Positions 37,937 through 47,137 of a DNA stretch of 47,311 nt are shown here, in pieces. A program made the translations under genes and the position numbers. The stretch lies in NCBI GenBank assembly GCA_046052505.1, contig JBJOMF010000153.1, positions 1-47,311 of the forward strand, in the 5' to 3' direction. The DNA comes from Bacteroidota bacterium. GTDB lineage: Bacteria > Bacteroidota > Bacteroidia > Chitinophagales > Chitinophagaceae. The notes under the pieces are model-generated. The model was not told where the DNA came from. It saw only the letters and a list, made by a program, of their open reading frames with translations, and searched no databases. Within the stretch, counting starts at the first letter, position 1. Every line of letters starts with the position of its first letter.

Positions 37937-39610
37937 ATGCCGAACACCGATCTGGCCATCGCCCAAGCCGCTCCGATCCGCCACATCAAAGAGATCGCCG
38001 CCCGCATAGGTATAACCGAAGAGGCGCTGGAGTTTTACGGAAAATACAAAGCCAAGCTACCCTTGCACCTGATCGATGATGGTCGCGTCAAAAAAAGCAA
38101 GTTGATCCTGGTGAGCGCCATCAGTCCTACTCCCGCCGGTGAAGGGAAGACGACGACCACCGTAGGGCTTTGCGACGGGCTCAACCGGATCGGGAAACGA
38201 ACGATCGCCGTACTGCGCGAACCCTCGCTGGGACCCGTTTTCGGGATCAAAGGAGGTGCCGCGGGCGGGGGCCATGCACAGGTGATCCCCATGGAAGACA
38301 TCAACCTGCATTTCACAGGCGATTTCAACGCGGTGGAGAAGGCGAACAACCTGCTGGCCGCATTGATCGACAATAACATCCAGAGCAAGACCCGCAACCT
38401 GGACATCGATCCGCGCACGGTTCTATGGAAGCGTGTAATGGATATGAACGACCGCTCACTCCGGAATACCATCATCGGACTGGGAGGAACTGCCAACGGG
38501 GTGCCGCGGTCTGACGGCTTCAACATTACCCCCGCCTCCGAGGTGATGGCCATCCTGTGTATGGCAAAAGATATCGACGACCTGAAGGAGCGTCTCGGTC
38601 GGATCCTGATCGGCTTCACACGGAGCGGCAATCCGGTATTTGCGAAGGACCTGCAGGCACAGGGTGCCATGGCCATCCTGCTCAGGGAGGCAATCAAACC
38701 CAACCTGGTCCAAACGCTCGAGGGGAATGCAGCCATCCTGCACGGAGGTCCCTTCGCAAATATCGCACAGGGCACAAACACCATCCTGGCCACCAAGATG
38801 GGTCTCTCCCTGGCCGATCACGTGGTAACGGAAGCCGGATTCGGAGCCGATCTGGGAGCGGAAAAATTCATGAACATCAAATGCGGGTACGGCGGACTGA
38901 AACCCCATGCAATGGTTTTGGTGGCCACGATCCGTGCCCTGCGGCATCACGGCGGTGCCAAGAAAACCGAATACCATGTGCCCAGCCTTGAAAAAGTGAT
39001 CCGGGGATTTGAGAACCTGGAAAAACACATGGAGAACTGCAAGAAATTCGGACTGACCCCGGTGGTGGCCATCAACCGGTTCTCGACCGATACGGAGGAG
39101 GAGATGCAGTACGTGAAACAGCGCTGCTCCGAACACGGCGTCAGCGCCCTGATCAGCGACTGCTGGGCCCGGGGAGGTGACGGGATGACCGAGATCGCAG
39201 CGGCTGTGGCCGAAAGCATCGATAGTGGAGAAAACGCGTTCCGTCCGTTGTATGACTGGAGCCTGCCGGTGGAGGAAAAGATCGCGACCATCGCGCGAGA
39301 GATCTACGGGGCCGAAGGGGTGGACTATAGCCCCAGAGCAAAGGAGGGGTTGAAAATGATCCGCGAACTGGGTTTCGATAGGTTGCCGGTGTGCATGGCC
39401 AAGACACAAAAATCGTTCTCCGACAACGAAACCCGCATCGGCCGGCCACGGAATTTCCGAGTGACCGTACGGGAGTTTGAATTTGCAGCGGGTGCCGGGT
39501 TCGTTATTCCCATCCTGGGCGATATGATGCGGATGCCGGGCCTTCCGGCGATCCCGGCATCGGAGGGAATGGATATCGACGGGTCGGGGAAGATCACGGG
39601 GCTCTCCTGA
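37937..39610 (+). CDS. fhs: Formate--tetrahydrofolate ligase
   Basis: PTPAGEGKTTT, LREPSLGPVFGIKGGAAGGG, INLHFTGD, HGGPFANIA, TEAGFGADLGAEKF, VCMAKTQ, MRMPGL; start MPNTDL at 37937. Confidence 0.97.
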   Translation: MPNTDLAIAQAAPIRHIKEIAARIGITEEALEFYGKYKAKLPLHLIDDGRVKKSKLILVSAISPTPAGEGKTTTTVGLCDGLNRIGKRTIAVLREPSLGPVFGIKGGAAGGGHAQVIPMEDINLHFTGDFNAVEKANNLLAALIDNNIQSKTRNLDIDPRTVLWKRVMDMNDRSLRNTIIGLGGTANGVPRSDGFNITPASEVMAILCMAKDIDDLKERLGRILIGFTRSGNPVFAKDLQAQGAMAILLREAIKPNLVQTLEGNAAILHGGPFANIAQGTNTILATKMGLSLADHVVTEAGFGADLGAEKFMNIKCGYGGLKPHAMVLVATIRALRHHGGAKKTEYHVPSLEKVIRGFENLEKHMENCKKFGLTPVVAINRFSTDTEEEMQYVKQRCSEHGVSALISDCWARGGDGMTEIAAAVAESIDSGENAFRPLYDWSLPVEEKIATIAREIYGAEGVDYSPRAKEGLKMIRELGFDRLPVCMAKTQKSFSDNETRIGRPRNFRVTVREFEFAAGAGFVIPILGDMMRMPGLPAIPASEGMDIDGSGKITGLS

Positions 39611-39641
39611 TACCACCCGCCCAATTGTAGGAGGGAAAACG

Positions 39642-39649
39642 TAAATTTG
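39642..39649 (+). promoter_or_regulatory. Possible internal -7 promoter element (TAAATTTG) for fdhD
   Basis: Exact TAnnTTTG match 4 nt before ATG 39654. Confidence 0.45.
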
Positions 39650-39653
39650 GTAC

Positions 39654-40514
39654 ATGCGTCATGCGGTGGTTTCCTCGGTTCGGATCGTGAAAATATCGGC
39701 CCCCGATCCCGGTGCGTCTGTTTTCTCGAGCGTGGAAGCCGATGACCTGCTGGCCGTGGAGGAGCCGCTGGAGATCGGACTGGTGCATGGCCCCGTATCC
39801 GACCGCAAGCTTAAAAGCCTCTCGGTGACCATGTGCACCCCGGGTAACGATACGGAGCTGGCCGTCGGGTTCCTGTTCACCGAAGGGATCATCCGGTCCA
39901 AAAATGATATCGTGTCGGTGAACGAAACGGAAACAGAAAAGGGGCGTCAGGTATTGGTGGCACTTCAACCCGGATGCTCCTTCGATCCCGCGCGCATCGA
40001 ACGTCACTTCTACACAAGCTCCAGCTGCGGCGTCTGCGGAAAGACCTCGATCGAAGCGGTAAAACAGTCGTTGCCCGGAACCCAAAAACCGGACGGGCTT
40101 CAAGTCGCCGCAAGGGTGATTGCACAACTGCCGCAATCGCTGCGGGAACACCAGAACGTATTCCGGGAAACCGGCGGGTTGCATGCAGCCGCTTATTTCG
40201 AGACCGGCGGAAACCTCCTGCTCACACGGGAAGATGTGGGGCGTCACAATGCACTCGATAAACTCGTGGGCGCTGCACTGGAAGCCGGTAAGATCCCGCT
40301 CGATAACGGTATTTTGTTGCTGAGTGGGCGAGCAAGCTTTGAGCTGATCCAAAAGGCCGCGATGGCAGGGATCCGCATCGTGTGCGCCGTAGGCGCACCC
40401 TCAAGCCTTGCGGTGGAACTTGCCGGCGAAAACGGGATGACCCTCGTGGGCTTTCTGCGCGACGGCCGATTCAATATTTACTGCGGCGCAGCACGCATCA
40501 ATGCTAAAACATGA
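39654..40514 (+). CDS. fdhD: Formate dehydrogenase accessory sulfurtransferase
   Basis: AVEEPLEI, TMCTPG, SSCGVCG, TGGLHAAA, EDVGRHNALDKL, SGRASFEL, APSSLAV. Confidence 0.95.
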   Translation: MRHAVVSSVRIVKISAPDPGASVFSSVEADDLLAVEEPLEIGLVHGPVSDRKLKSLSVTMCTPGNDTELAVGFLFTEGIIRSKNDIVSVNETETEKGRQVLVALQPGCSFDPARIERHFYTSSSCGVCGKTSIEAVKQSLPGTQKPDGLQVAARVIAQLPQSLREHQNVFRETGGLHAAAYFETGGNLLLTREDVGRHNALDKLVGAALEAGKIPLDNGILLLSGRASFELIQKAAMAGIRIVCAVGAPSSLAVELAGENGMTLVGFLRDGRFNIYCGAARINAKT

Positions 40515-40882
40515 AGATCCGCATCAGAGGAAATTCGATCCGATACCGACTGACGCGCACCGATGTGTCACGCATGGGCACAGACGGTGTGGTGGAGGAA
40601 ACCACCCGGTTCCCTGACGGGAACCGATTCCACTACCGGCTGGAGCGCTCCGCAGCTATCAAAGAGCTGCAGGCTACATACGCGGAGAACCGGATCACCC
40701 TGCTCATTCCCGATGACCGTGTCAGGGAGTGGACCGGTAGCGAGATCATCGGTTTCCGGCACCTTGTGCCCCTTCCCGATGGATCGGAACTGCTGCTGCT
40801 GGTAGAAAAGGACTTTGCCTGCCTCGACCATACGCTGGAGGACCAGAGCGACAATTATCCAAACCCGAACAAGACCTGCTGA
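40511..40882 (+). CDS. Conserved hypothetical protein in the formate dehydrogenase operon
   Basis: MKIRIRGNSIRYRL...LLVEKDFACLD...YPNP; ATGA overlap with fdhD. Confidence 0.8.
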   Translation: MKIRIRGNSIRYRLTRTDVSRMGTDGVVEETTRFPDGNRFHYRLERSAAIKELQATYAENRITLLIPDDRVREWTGSEIIGFRHLVPLPDGSELLLLVEKDFACLDHTLEDQSDNYPNPNKTC

Positions 40883-40898
40883 AACCCAATCGAAGCGC

Positions 40899-42554
40899 AT
40901 GTCAAAGAACCTGAGTCATCTGGCGGGAAGAAGGGGGGTGGACAACACGCTCTTCGAAGCCCTCGGGCTCGCTGCCCGTCAGGAGGGCACACCCGATCCC
41001 TCCCGTATGGAGGCGTTGGCCGAAGCATTCCTGATGGGAAAGGCCAATGTGTACGGCGCCACTAGTTTTTATGATTTCCTGCGGGAGGAGAACCGCGGAA
41101 AAAGGGTATACATATGTAACGGAAGCGCCTGCATGACAGCGGGTACCCAGCCGGATCTGCGTAATAAATTACGGCAGCGATTCGCCGATCCGGAGATCGG
41201 GGAAATGTGCTGCCTGGGCCGTTGTCACGAGAATGCTGCCTTCTATCTGGACGGACACAATTATTCCGGCAGCGATATCGATACGATGGATTGGGAGACG
41301 GCCGATCGGAAGCCCTCGGCTGAAACGTACCGTGTAGGAACAAAAGGTACCCCGGTTCTGACGGCTCCCGCACCGGGCGTTGATACGTATGAATCCCTCT
41401 GGAGATCCATACTGGCTCGTAAGCCGGACGAACTGCTGCACGAACTCCGTGTGTCGGGTTTACGGGGACGCGGGGGCGCCGGATTCCCCATCGCCATCAA
41501 GCTGGATGGCTGCCGCAACGAAACGGATCCCGTCAAATTCATCGTTTGCAATGCGGACGAAGGTGATCCGGGCGCCTACAGCGACCGCTACCTGCTGGAA
41601 CGACAACCGCACCGGGTGCTCCTGGGGATGATGGTCGCCGGTTACATCACGGGGGCAACGACAGGGGTTGTGTATATCCGGGGCGAGTACCCCGAGGCCA
41701 TCCGGATCACCGAAGAGGCTGTGCGCGAATTCGAGGCAAAGGGATTAACGGGAGAATCGATACGGGGAACAGAATTCCGCTTCCGATTCAAGATCATTGC
41801 CGCACAGGGAGCTTATATCTGCGGGGAGGAGACCGCCCTGCTGTCCAGTATCGAAGGGCAGCGCCCCGAGGTTCGGGTGCGTCCGCCCTATCCGGTGCAA
41901 CAGGGCCTTTTCAACAAGCCCACCGTGGTGAACAATGTGGAAACCCTGGCTTGTATCCCTTTCATTGTCGAACAGGGCGGAGCGGCCTTTGCGTCTATCG
42001 GTTCGGGACGATCGACGGGAACGAAACTGATGTCCCTGGACGGGTTCTTCCGGAATCCCGGCATCTATGAAGTAGATATGGGCGTGCCGCTGCAAACCGT
42101 AATTGATGAATTGGGCGGTGGATTTCGCGAGCCGGTCAAAGCCCTGCATATCGGAGGGCCGCTGGGCGGCCTGGTTCCCGTGGAAAAGATCGCGGCGCTT
42201 ACCGTTGATTTCGAATCCTTTCAGCAAAACGGATTCCTGCTCGGTCACGCATCCATCGTGTGCCTGCCCGTAGGATTTCCTATAATACGATATCTCACCC
42301 ACCTGTTCCGGTTCACCGCACATGAAAGCTGTGGTAAATGTTTCCCCTGCCGGATCGGATCGACGCGCGGATATGAGCTGCTGGAGCGGGCACAGGAAAC
42401 GGAGTACCGGATCGACCGACAACTTTTTGAAGACCTTGTTGAAACGCTGGAGACCGGTTCTTTGTGCGCACTCGGTGGCGGGCTGCCCCTGCCCATCCGA
42501 AATGCCCTCCATTATTTTGAGAACGAGCTGGCGCCCTACTTTAAAAAACAGTGA
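40899..42554 (+). CDS. NAD-dependent FDH diaphorase subunit, NuoE-NuoF (FdsG-FdsB)-like fusion
   Basis: N-terminal 2Fe-2S thioredoxin-like CNGSAC...CLGRC; GLRGRGGAGFP, CNADEGDPG, GAYICGEETAL, CGKCFPC...C; start MSKNLSH at 40899. Confidence 0.9.
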   Translation: MSKNLSHLAGRRGVDNTLFEALGLAARQEGTPDPSRMEALAEAFLMGKANVYGATSFYDFLREENRGKRVYICNGSACMTAGTQPDLRNKLRQRFADPEIGEMCCLGRCHENAAFYLDGHNYSGSDIDTMDWETADRKPSAETYRVGTKGTPVLTAPAPGVDTYESLWRSILARKPDELLHELRVSGLRGRGGAGFPIAIKLDGCRNETDPVKFIVCNADEGDPGAYSDRYLLERQPHRVLLGMMVAGYITGATTGVVYIRGEYPEAIRITEEAVREFEAKGLTGESIRGTEFRFRFKIIAAQGAYICGEETALLSSIEGQRPEVRVRPPYPVQQGLFNKPTVVNNVETLACIPFIVEQGGAAFASIGSGRSTGTKLMSLDGFFRNPGIYEVDMGVPLQTVIDELGGGFREPVKALHIGGPLGGLVPVEKIAALTVDFESFQQNGFLLGHASIVCLPVGFPIIRYLTHLFRFTAHESCGKCFPCRIGSTRGYELLERAQETEYRIDRQLFEDLVETLETGSLCALGGGLPLPIRNALHYFENELAPYFKKQ

Positions 42555-42556
42555 CC

Positions 42557-45373
42557 ATGGGAATCGTGTACCGAAAAGAGATCAAACCGGAAACCAATGG
42601 AACCACAGCCCACTTTGGTTGGGGTGAAGGGGCGCCCATTGCCTATATAAACGACCAACCCTTCGATATTAGATCCGGGGAAACCATTCTGGAGTTTCTG
42701 CGCCGCCATCGGGGTGCCAAGAGCGTACCCACCCTATGCGATGCCCCGAATCTCGATCCCTTCGGTGCCTGCCGGGTCTGCAGTGTGGATGTTTCCCTCT
42801 CGGCGGGCGGTACCGCGAAAGCCTTCGCCTCCTGCCACACACCCGTGACCGCCGATACATATATTTACCCCGACTCGCCCCGCATCCAGAAATTACGCCG
42901 CAACATTATCGAACTGGTGCTGACCGACCATCCGCTCGACTGTCTCACCTGTGAGGTGAACAACAACTGCGAGTTGCAGTCCGTGGCAGCTGACGTAGGG
43001 ATCCGGAGCGTGCGTTATCCGGAAGGAAAAAATCACCTGCTCCGCGAAAAGGACCTGAGCCATCCCTACATGACATCGGACCTGTCAAAATGCATCAACT
43101 GTTTCCGCTGCGTACGTGCCTGTGATGAGGTACAGGGTCAATTCGTGCTGAGCATGGCGGGCCGTGGATTCGACAGCCACATCATCAAGGGATCGAACGA
43201 GTCTTTCATGGAAAGCGATTGCGTCAGCTGCGGCGCCTGTGCCCAGGCGTGTCCCACCAGCGCCATCAGCGATGTCTTCGAATCGAAATCCGTTCAGTTC
43301 GATGAAAAAGTGCGTACCGTATGTACCTATTGCGGTGTGGGATGCAACCTCGAGGTAAAAGTGAGTGCAGGTGAGATCCGCTCCATACAAGCCCCGTATG
43401 ACGCGGCGGCAAACGGGGGTCATACCTGCCTGAAGGGCCGCTATGCCTTCTCGTTCTACAACCACGCCGAACGGATCCGGACCCCCTTGATCAGGCAGGG
43501 AGAAGAATTTGTTGCGGTCAGCTGGGAGGAAGCCTATGACTTCATTGTGGACAAACTGGAGGACATCCGGTCGCAGCACGGTCCCGATGCCATTGCCGGG
43601 ATCTCTTCGGCCCGCTGCACCAACGAAGAGAACTATCTCATGCAAAAATTTATCCGTGCGGTGATCGGAACGAATAATATCGATAGCTGCGCGCGGGTCT
43701 GCCATTCGCCTACCGCCATCGGCATGCAGCGAACCTTCGGGACCGGAGCGGCGACCAACTCCATCGCGGACCTGCAGTACACCGACTGTATGTTCGTGAT
43801 CGGCGCCAACCCGACCGACGCACATCCGGTTACCGGAGCCAAGATGAAGCAACAGGCGATACAAGGAAAAACCCTAATCGTCGCCGATCCGAGACGAACG
43901 GAGCTGGCCCGTTATGCGACCTATCACCTCCCCCTGCGACCGGGAACCAATGTAGCCCTCCTGAATATGATGTTGTATTACATCATTTCGGAGGGGCTCG
44001 AAGACAAAGGTTTCATTGAATCACGCACGGAAGGATATGAAGCATTCCGGGAATCCATTCGTGGGCTCAACATCGATGAGTTGGCTCGGGTTACCGGTGT
44101 CGATAAGATGCTGGTGCGAGAGGCGGCGATCGCCTATGCCACGGCAACGAACGCCATGTCGTTCCACGGATTGGGCGTAACCGAACATTCGTATGGTACC
44201 TACGCCGTCATGCTGATCGCCGACCTGGCCATGATCACCGGAAATATCGGGCGGCGCGGTGTGGGCGTGAATCCGCTGCGCGGACAGAATAATGTTCAGG
44301 GAGCAGCCGACATGGGGTGCCAGCCTTATCAGGGGGCCGGATACCTCGATGTGACCAACCCCGAGGTGCATCGCATGTATGAATCATTTTATGGGGCCCG
44401 TCTTCCCCTCCATGCCGGCTTGAAGATCCCGGAGATGTACGATGCCGCTCTCGCAGGCGGTCTGAAAGCGCTATGGGTGATCGGAGAGGATATGGCCCAG
44501 ACCGATCCGAACACCCAACACGTGGTGAAGGCCCTTCAACAACTGGACCTGTTCGTGGTGCAGGAGCTGTTCATGACGGAAACAGCGAAGCTGGCCACTG
44601 TGATTTTGCCGGGCGCCTCCTTTCTGGAAAAGAGTGGAACGTTCACCAACGGCGAGCGTCGGATACAGCGGGTGAATCGGGTGGTAGACCCGCTTCCGGG
44701 GACCAGGTGCGATGGGCAGATACTCGTAGATGTCATGAACCGAATGGGTTACCGGCAGGCGGATTATGATCCTGCGCTGGTGCTGGAAGAAATCGCCCGG
44801 GTAGTCCCCTTCTTCGCTGGCGTTAACTGGGAGGAGTTGGGCCATAACGGAAAGCAGTGGCCCGTTCGGCCGGATGGAACGGATACGGAGATCCTCCACA
44901 AGGACAGTTTTACGAGAGGCAAAGGTCGTTTCCAGTTCAAGGAATTCATCGAATCACAGGAGATCGTTGAACACGGCAAGGAGTACCCTTACATCATCAC
45001 AACGAATCGTGAACTGGAGCATTATAACTGCGGTGCTATGACCCGCCGCACGCGGAACATCGAGATCCTGACCGAAGATGTGCTGCTGATCCACCCCGCC
45101 GACGCGGGGCAACACCGAATTGCCGAGGGTGATATGGTCTGCGTGGAAACGGCACGAGGCAAGGCGGACATCCGGGCCCGTATCACCGATGAAGTGCGTC
45201 CGGGGGTACTGAGCACCACCTTCCACTTTCCCGAGATCATGCTGAACAACATAACATCCAGCATCAGTGATACCGAAGCAATGTGCCCGGAATACAAGGT
45301 GGTAGCCTGCCGGATACGGAAAAGCCGGGGGAAATACAAGGGTGCAGCTGAATCAAAGACGGTACAGGAATAG
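42557..45373 (+). CDS. fdhF: Formate dehydrogenase alpha subunit (Mo/W-bisPGD, Cys-type)
   Basis: 2Fe-2S (CDAP...CRVC...ASC), HPLDCLTC...C, two 4Fe-4S motifs, CTYCGVGC, DSCARVCHSPT, PLRGQNNVQG, GTFTNGERRIQ; start 42557 or GTG 42551. Confidence 0.95.
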   Translation: MGIVYRKEIKPETNGTTAHFGWGEGAPIAYINDQPFDIRSGETILEFLRRHRGAKSVPTLCDAPNLDPFGACRVCSVDVSLSAGGTAKAFASCHTPVTADTYIYPDSPRIQKLRRNIIELVLTDHPLDCLTCEVNNNCELQSVAADVGIRSVRYPEGKNHLLREKDLSHPYMTSDLSKCINCFRCVRACDEVQGQFVLSMAGRGFDSHIIKGSNESFMESDCVSCGACAQACPTSAISDVFESKSVQFDEKVRTVCTYCGVGCNLEVKVSAGEIRSIQAPYDAAANGGHTCLKGRYAFSFYNHAERIRTPLIRQGEEFVAVSWEEAYDFIVDKLEDIRSQHGPDAIAGISSARCTNEENYLMQKFIRAVIGTNNIDSCARVCHSPTAIGMQRTFGTGAATNSIADLQYTDCMFVIGANPTDAHPVTGAKMKQQAIQGKTLIVADPRRTELARYATYHLPLRPGTNVALLNMMLYYIISEGLEDKGFIESRTEGYEAFRESIRGLNIDELARVTGVDKMLVREAAIAYATATNAMSFHGLGVTEHSYGTYAVMLIADLAMITGNIGRRGVGVNPLRGQNNVQGAADMGCQPYQGAGYLDVTNPEVHRMYESFYGARLPLHAGLKIPEMYDAALAGGLKALWVIGEDMAQTDPNTQHVVKALQQLDLFVVQELFMTETAKLATVILPGASFLEKSGTFTNGERRIQRVNRVVDPLPGTRCDGQILVDVMNRMGYRQADYDPALVLEEIARVVPFFAGVNWEELGHNGKQWPVRPDGTDTEILHKDSFTRGKGRFQFKEFIESQEIVEHGKEYPYIITTNRELEHYNCGAMTRRTRNIEILTEDVLLIHPADAGQHRIAEGDMVCVETARGKADIRARITDEVRPGVLSTTFHFPEIMLNNITSSISDTEAMCPEYKVVACRIRKSRGKYKGAAESKTVQE

Positions 45374-45390
45374 TTTTCTTTTAAAAACGA

Positions 45391-45882
45391 TCAGGACAAC
45401 CGAAGGGTCTGTTTTCCCTCCTTCCATTCAAGGAAGGGGATCTCTTGCACGATCTTTGATCGGTATTGCTCCCGAAACGCGGGTGCCAGCAACTCCCGTA
45501 CGACCACCAGGAGCTGCCCGCGAAACCCATTCAGCAACACATCAAAGGCGGGCTGGAAACCGTCTCCTTCCCGCTCGAGCCTGCCCCACTCATCGAAAAG
45601 GAAAACTTCAGGTTGGTTTAGAATCGCCCCGCGCGCCAGAACCAGACCGGACTCAAATGCGGATTGCAGCAGGTGAAAGCGCCCCACCGATTGGGTATCG
45701 GTTCCCGGTGTCTGACTCTCATAGGGGTGGTAGGTACGTTCCGCCACATTAAAAAACTGCTTGCGCTCGCCGATCGTGGGCGTCAAAAAGCCGCAGGCAT
45801 CTCTTCCTACGGACCAGCGAAGGAGGTGGTGCGACTTACCGGTTTGTATCGGGCCCGTTAGGAGGTGGATGTGGGGTTTCAT
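45391..45882 (-). CDS. Small P-loop NTPase (THEP1/NTPase_1-like)
   Basis: Walker A LTGPIQTGKS, GFLT, Walker B FLFDEWGRLE, LLVVVRE; start MKPHIH at 45882. Confidence 0.8.
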   Translation of the reverse strand: MKPHIHLLTGPIQTGKSHHLLRWSVGRDACGFLTPTIGERKQFFNVAERTYHPYESQTPGTDTQSVGRFHLLQSAFESGLVLARGAILNQPEVFLFDEWGRLEREGDGFQPAFDVLLNGFRGQLLVVVRELLAPAFREQYRSKIVQEIPFLEWKEGKQTLRLS

Positions 45883-46822
45883 GAAACACATTGAAAAAGA
45901 TGGACAGGAAGAGAAACTGGCGCAATCGGCCAATCCCACGGTGCGAGCCCGAATGGTGCCAGGCACTCCGGAAATTGTTTCGGATTCGTGGAAACTCGTC
46001 CTGAATCATTTGTACGCGGGATCGGTTTCGGCGCAGCCAGATCCCCATGAAAAAGCGGAGGGATATGGGAAGTACCAACCCGAAGAAGAGAAGCAGCGCA
46101 ACGACGCGCAACAGATACTCCAAACCCGGATCGGACTCCCAGAAGAGAATGAGGGCGACCACCACGAGGAAGAGCACCATTCCGGCATGGCGCAAATACC
46201 TGGAGCGGGAGCGGTTTGGGGGTTCGTTTGACGGGAGCTGAACCGGGAAGGCGTCGGCCGGAACCTGACGAACCTGGCGGATGAAGCGCCAGCACCAGAT
46301 CGCCAAAACGACACCCCAGAAAAGATATACAAGAAGGTAGAGTCCCAGAAACACAAAAACACCCACCTCTGCATCGTTGCCGAACCCGAGAAAATCGCGC
46401 GAAATACGTAGGAGTCCATCCCAAAGCTCACGCCCGAAAATGACTGCGGCCATAACAGGCTTCTGGACGGCGTTTTCAGCCATTACAAGAATGGAATAAA
46501 GCAGGATTGTGGAACGGTTTACCCCGAAAGTCTGATACAACACGATAGCAAGCAATCCCTGAAAACAGACGGCCACATAAGCCCCGATGGGCGATTGTGG
46601 GCTAAGAGCAAACTTCACCAGAAGCACCGTTCCGAGGGCCGTAACCAGCCGCGCGGTACGATTCTCTGGCTGGAGCGCCAGAAATGTATTGATCAGGACC
46701 GAGAGGCCACCGATCAAAAAACCCGTAAGCGGGATGTGGAGGGCATGCATCAATCCTCCCAGACCCGCCTCGGCAAAGCACCAGGTGGCAACAAGCCGGT
46801 GGGTTGTAGTGGTGTGGGTCAT
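45836..46822 (-). CDS. Hypothetical polytopic membrane protein
   Basis: About 8 hydrophobic segments; EAGLGGLMHALHIPLTG, KFALSPQSPIGAYVAVCFQG; overlaps the NTPase start. Confidence 0.75.
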   Translation of the reverse strand: MTHTTTTHRLVATWCFAEAGLGGLMHALHIPLTGFLIGGLSVLINTFLALQPENRTARLVTALGTVLLVKFALSPQSPIGAYVAVCFQGLLAIVLYQTFGVNRSTILLYSILVMAENAVQKPVMAAVIFGRELWDGLLRISRDFLGFGNDAEVGVFVFLGLYLLVYLFWGVVLAIWCWRFIRQVRQVPADAFPVQLPSNEPPNRSRSRYLRHAGMVLFLVVVALILFWESDPGLEYLLRVVALLLFFGLVLPISLRFFMGIWLRRNRSRVQMIQDEFPRIRNNFRSAWHHSGSHRGIGRLRQFLFLSIFFNVFHETPHPPPNGPDTNR

Positions 46823-47100
46823 GATAAAGCGCGTCTAAAAGTATCGATTTCCCCTGTTGAAACCGGCTTGCCGGCTCCCCGATACGTGTTACTACGTAGA
46901 AAATGCGGTATAAATCCATCGATTTTCAAAAACGCTTGGCATGGAAGGGTGGTCTCTCTGGGGGGGTGATTAGTTTTACACCATCAACAACGACCGAATC
47001 ATGCCATCCTGATAACCCGGTCCGATATCCCTTGATCCCCCTATTCAATACCTTTTGATATAACCAGATCCCGTCCTGCTGAAAAACAGTTACGTGGTCC

Positions 47101-47137
47101 AAAAGAAACAGATCCGGCCGAATCGGCCGGATCTGTT
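47101..47137 (-). terminator. Strong hairpin, probable intrinsic terminator of a minus-strand transcript entering from the right
   Basis: 14-bp stem AACAGATCCGGCCG-aat-CGGCCGGATCTGTT; on the minus strand followed by TCTTTT. Confidence 0.65.

Noticed and set aside
42557-45373. Selenocysteine-containing formate dehydrogenase, suggested by the nearby selD
   Set aside because: The catalytic motif is CARVCH with a TGC codon, and the ORF is uninterrupted
46830-47100. Possible cobalamin or TPP riboswitch upstream of the membrane protein
   Set aside because: I could not find the conserved core motifs of either riboswitch by eye; an Rfam scan is needed
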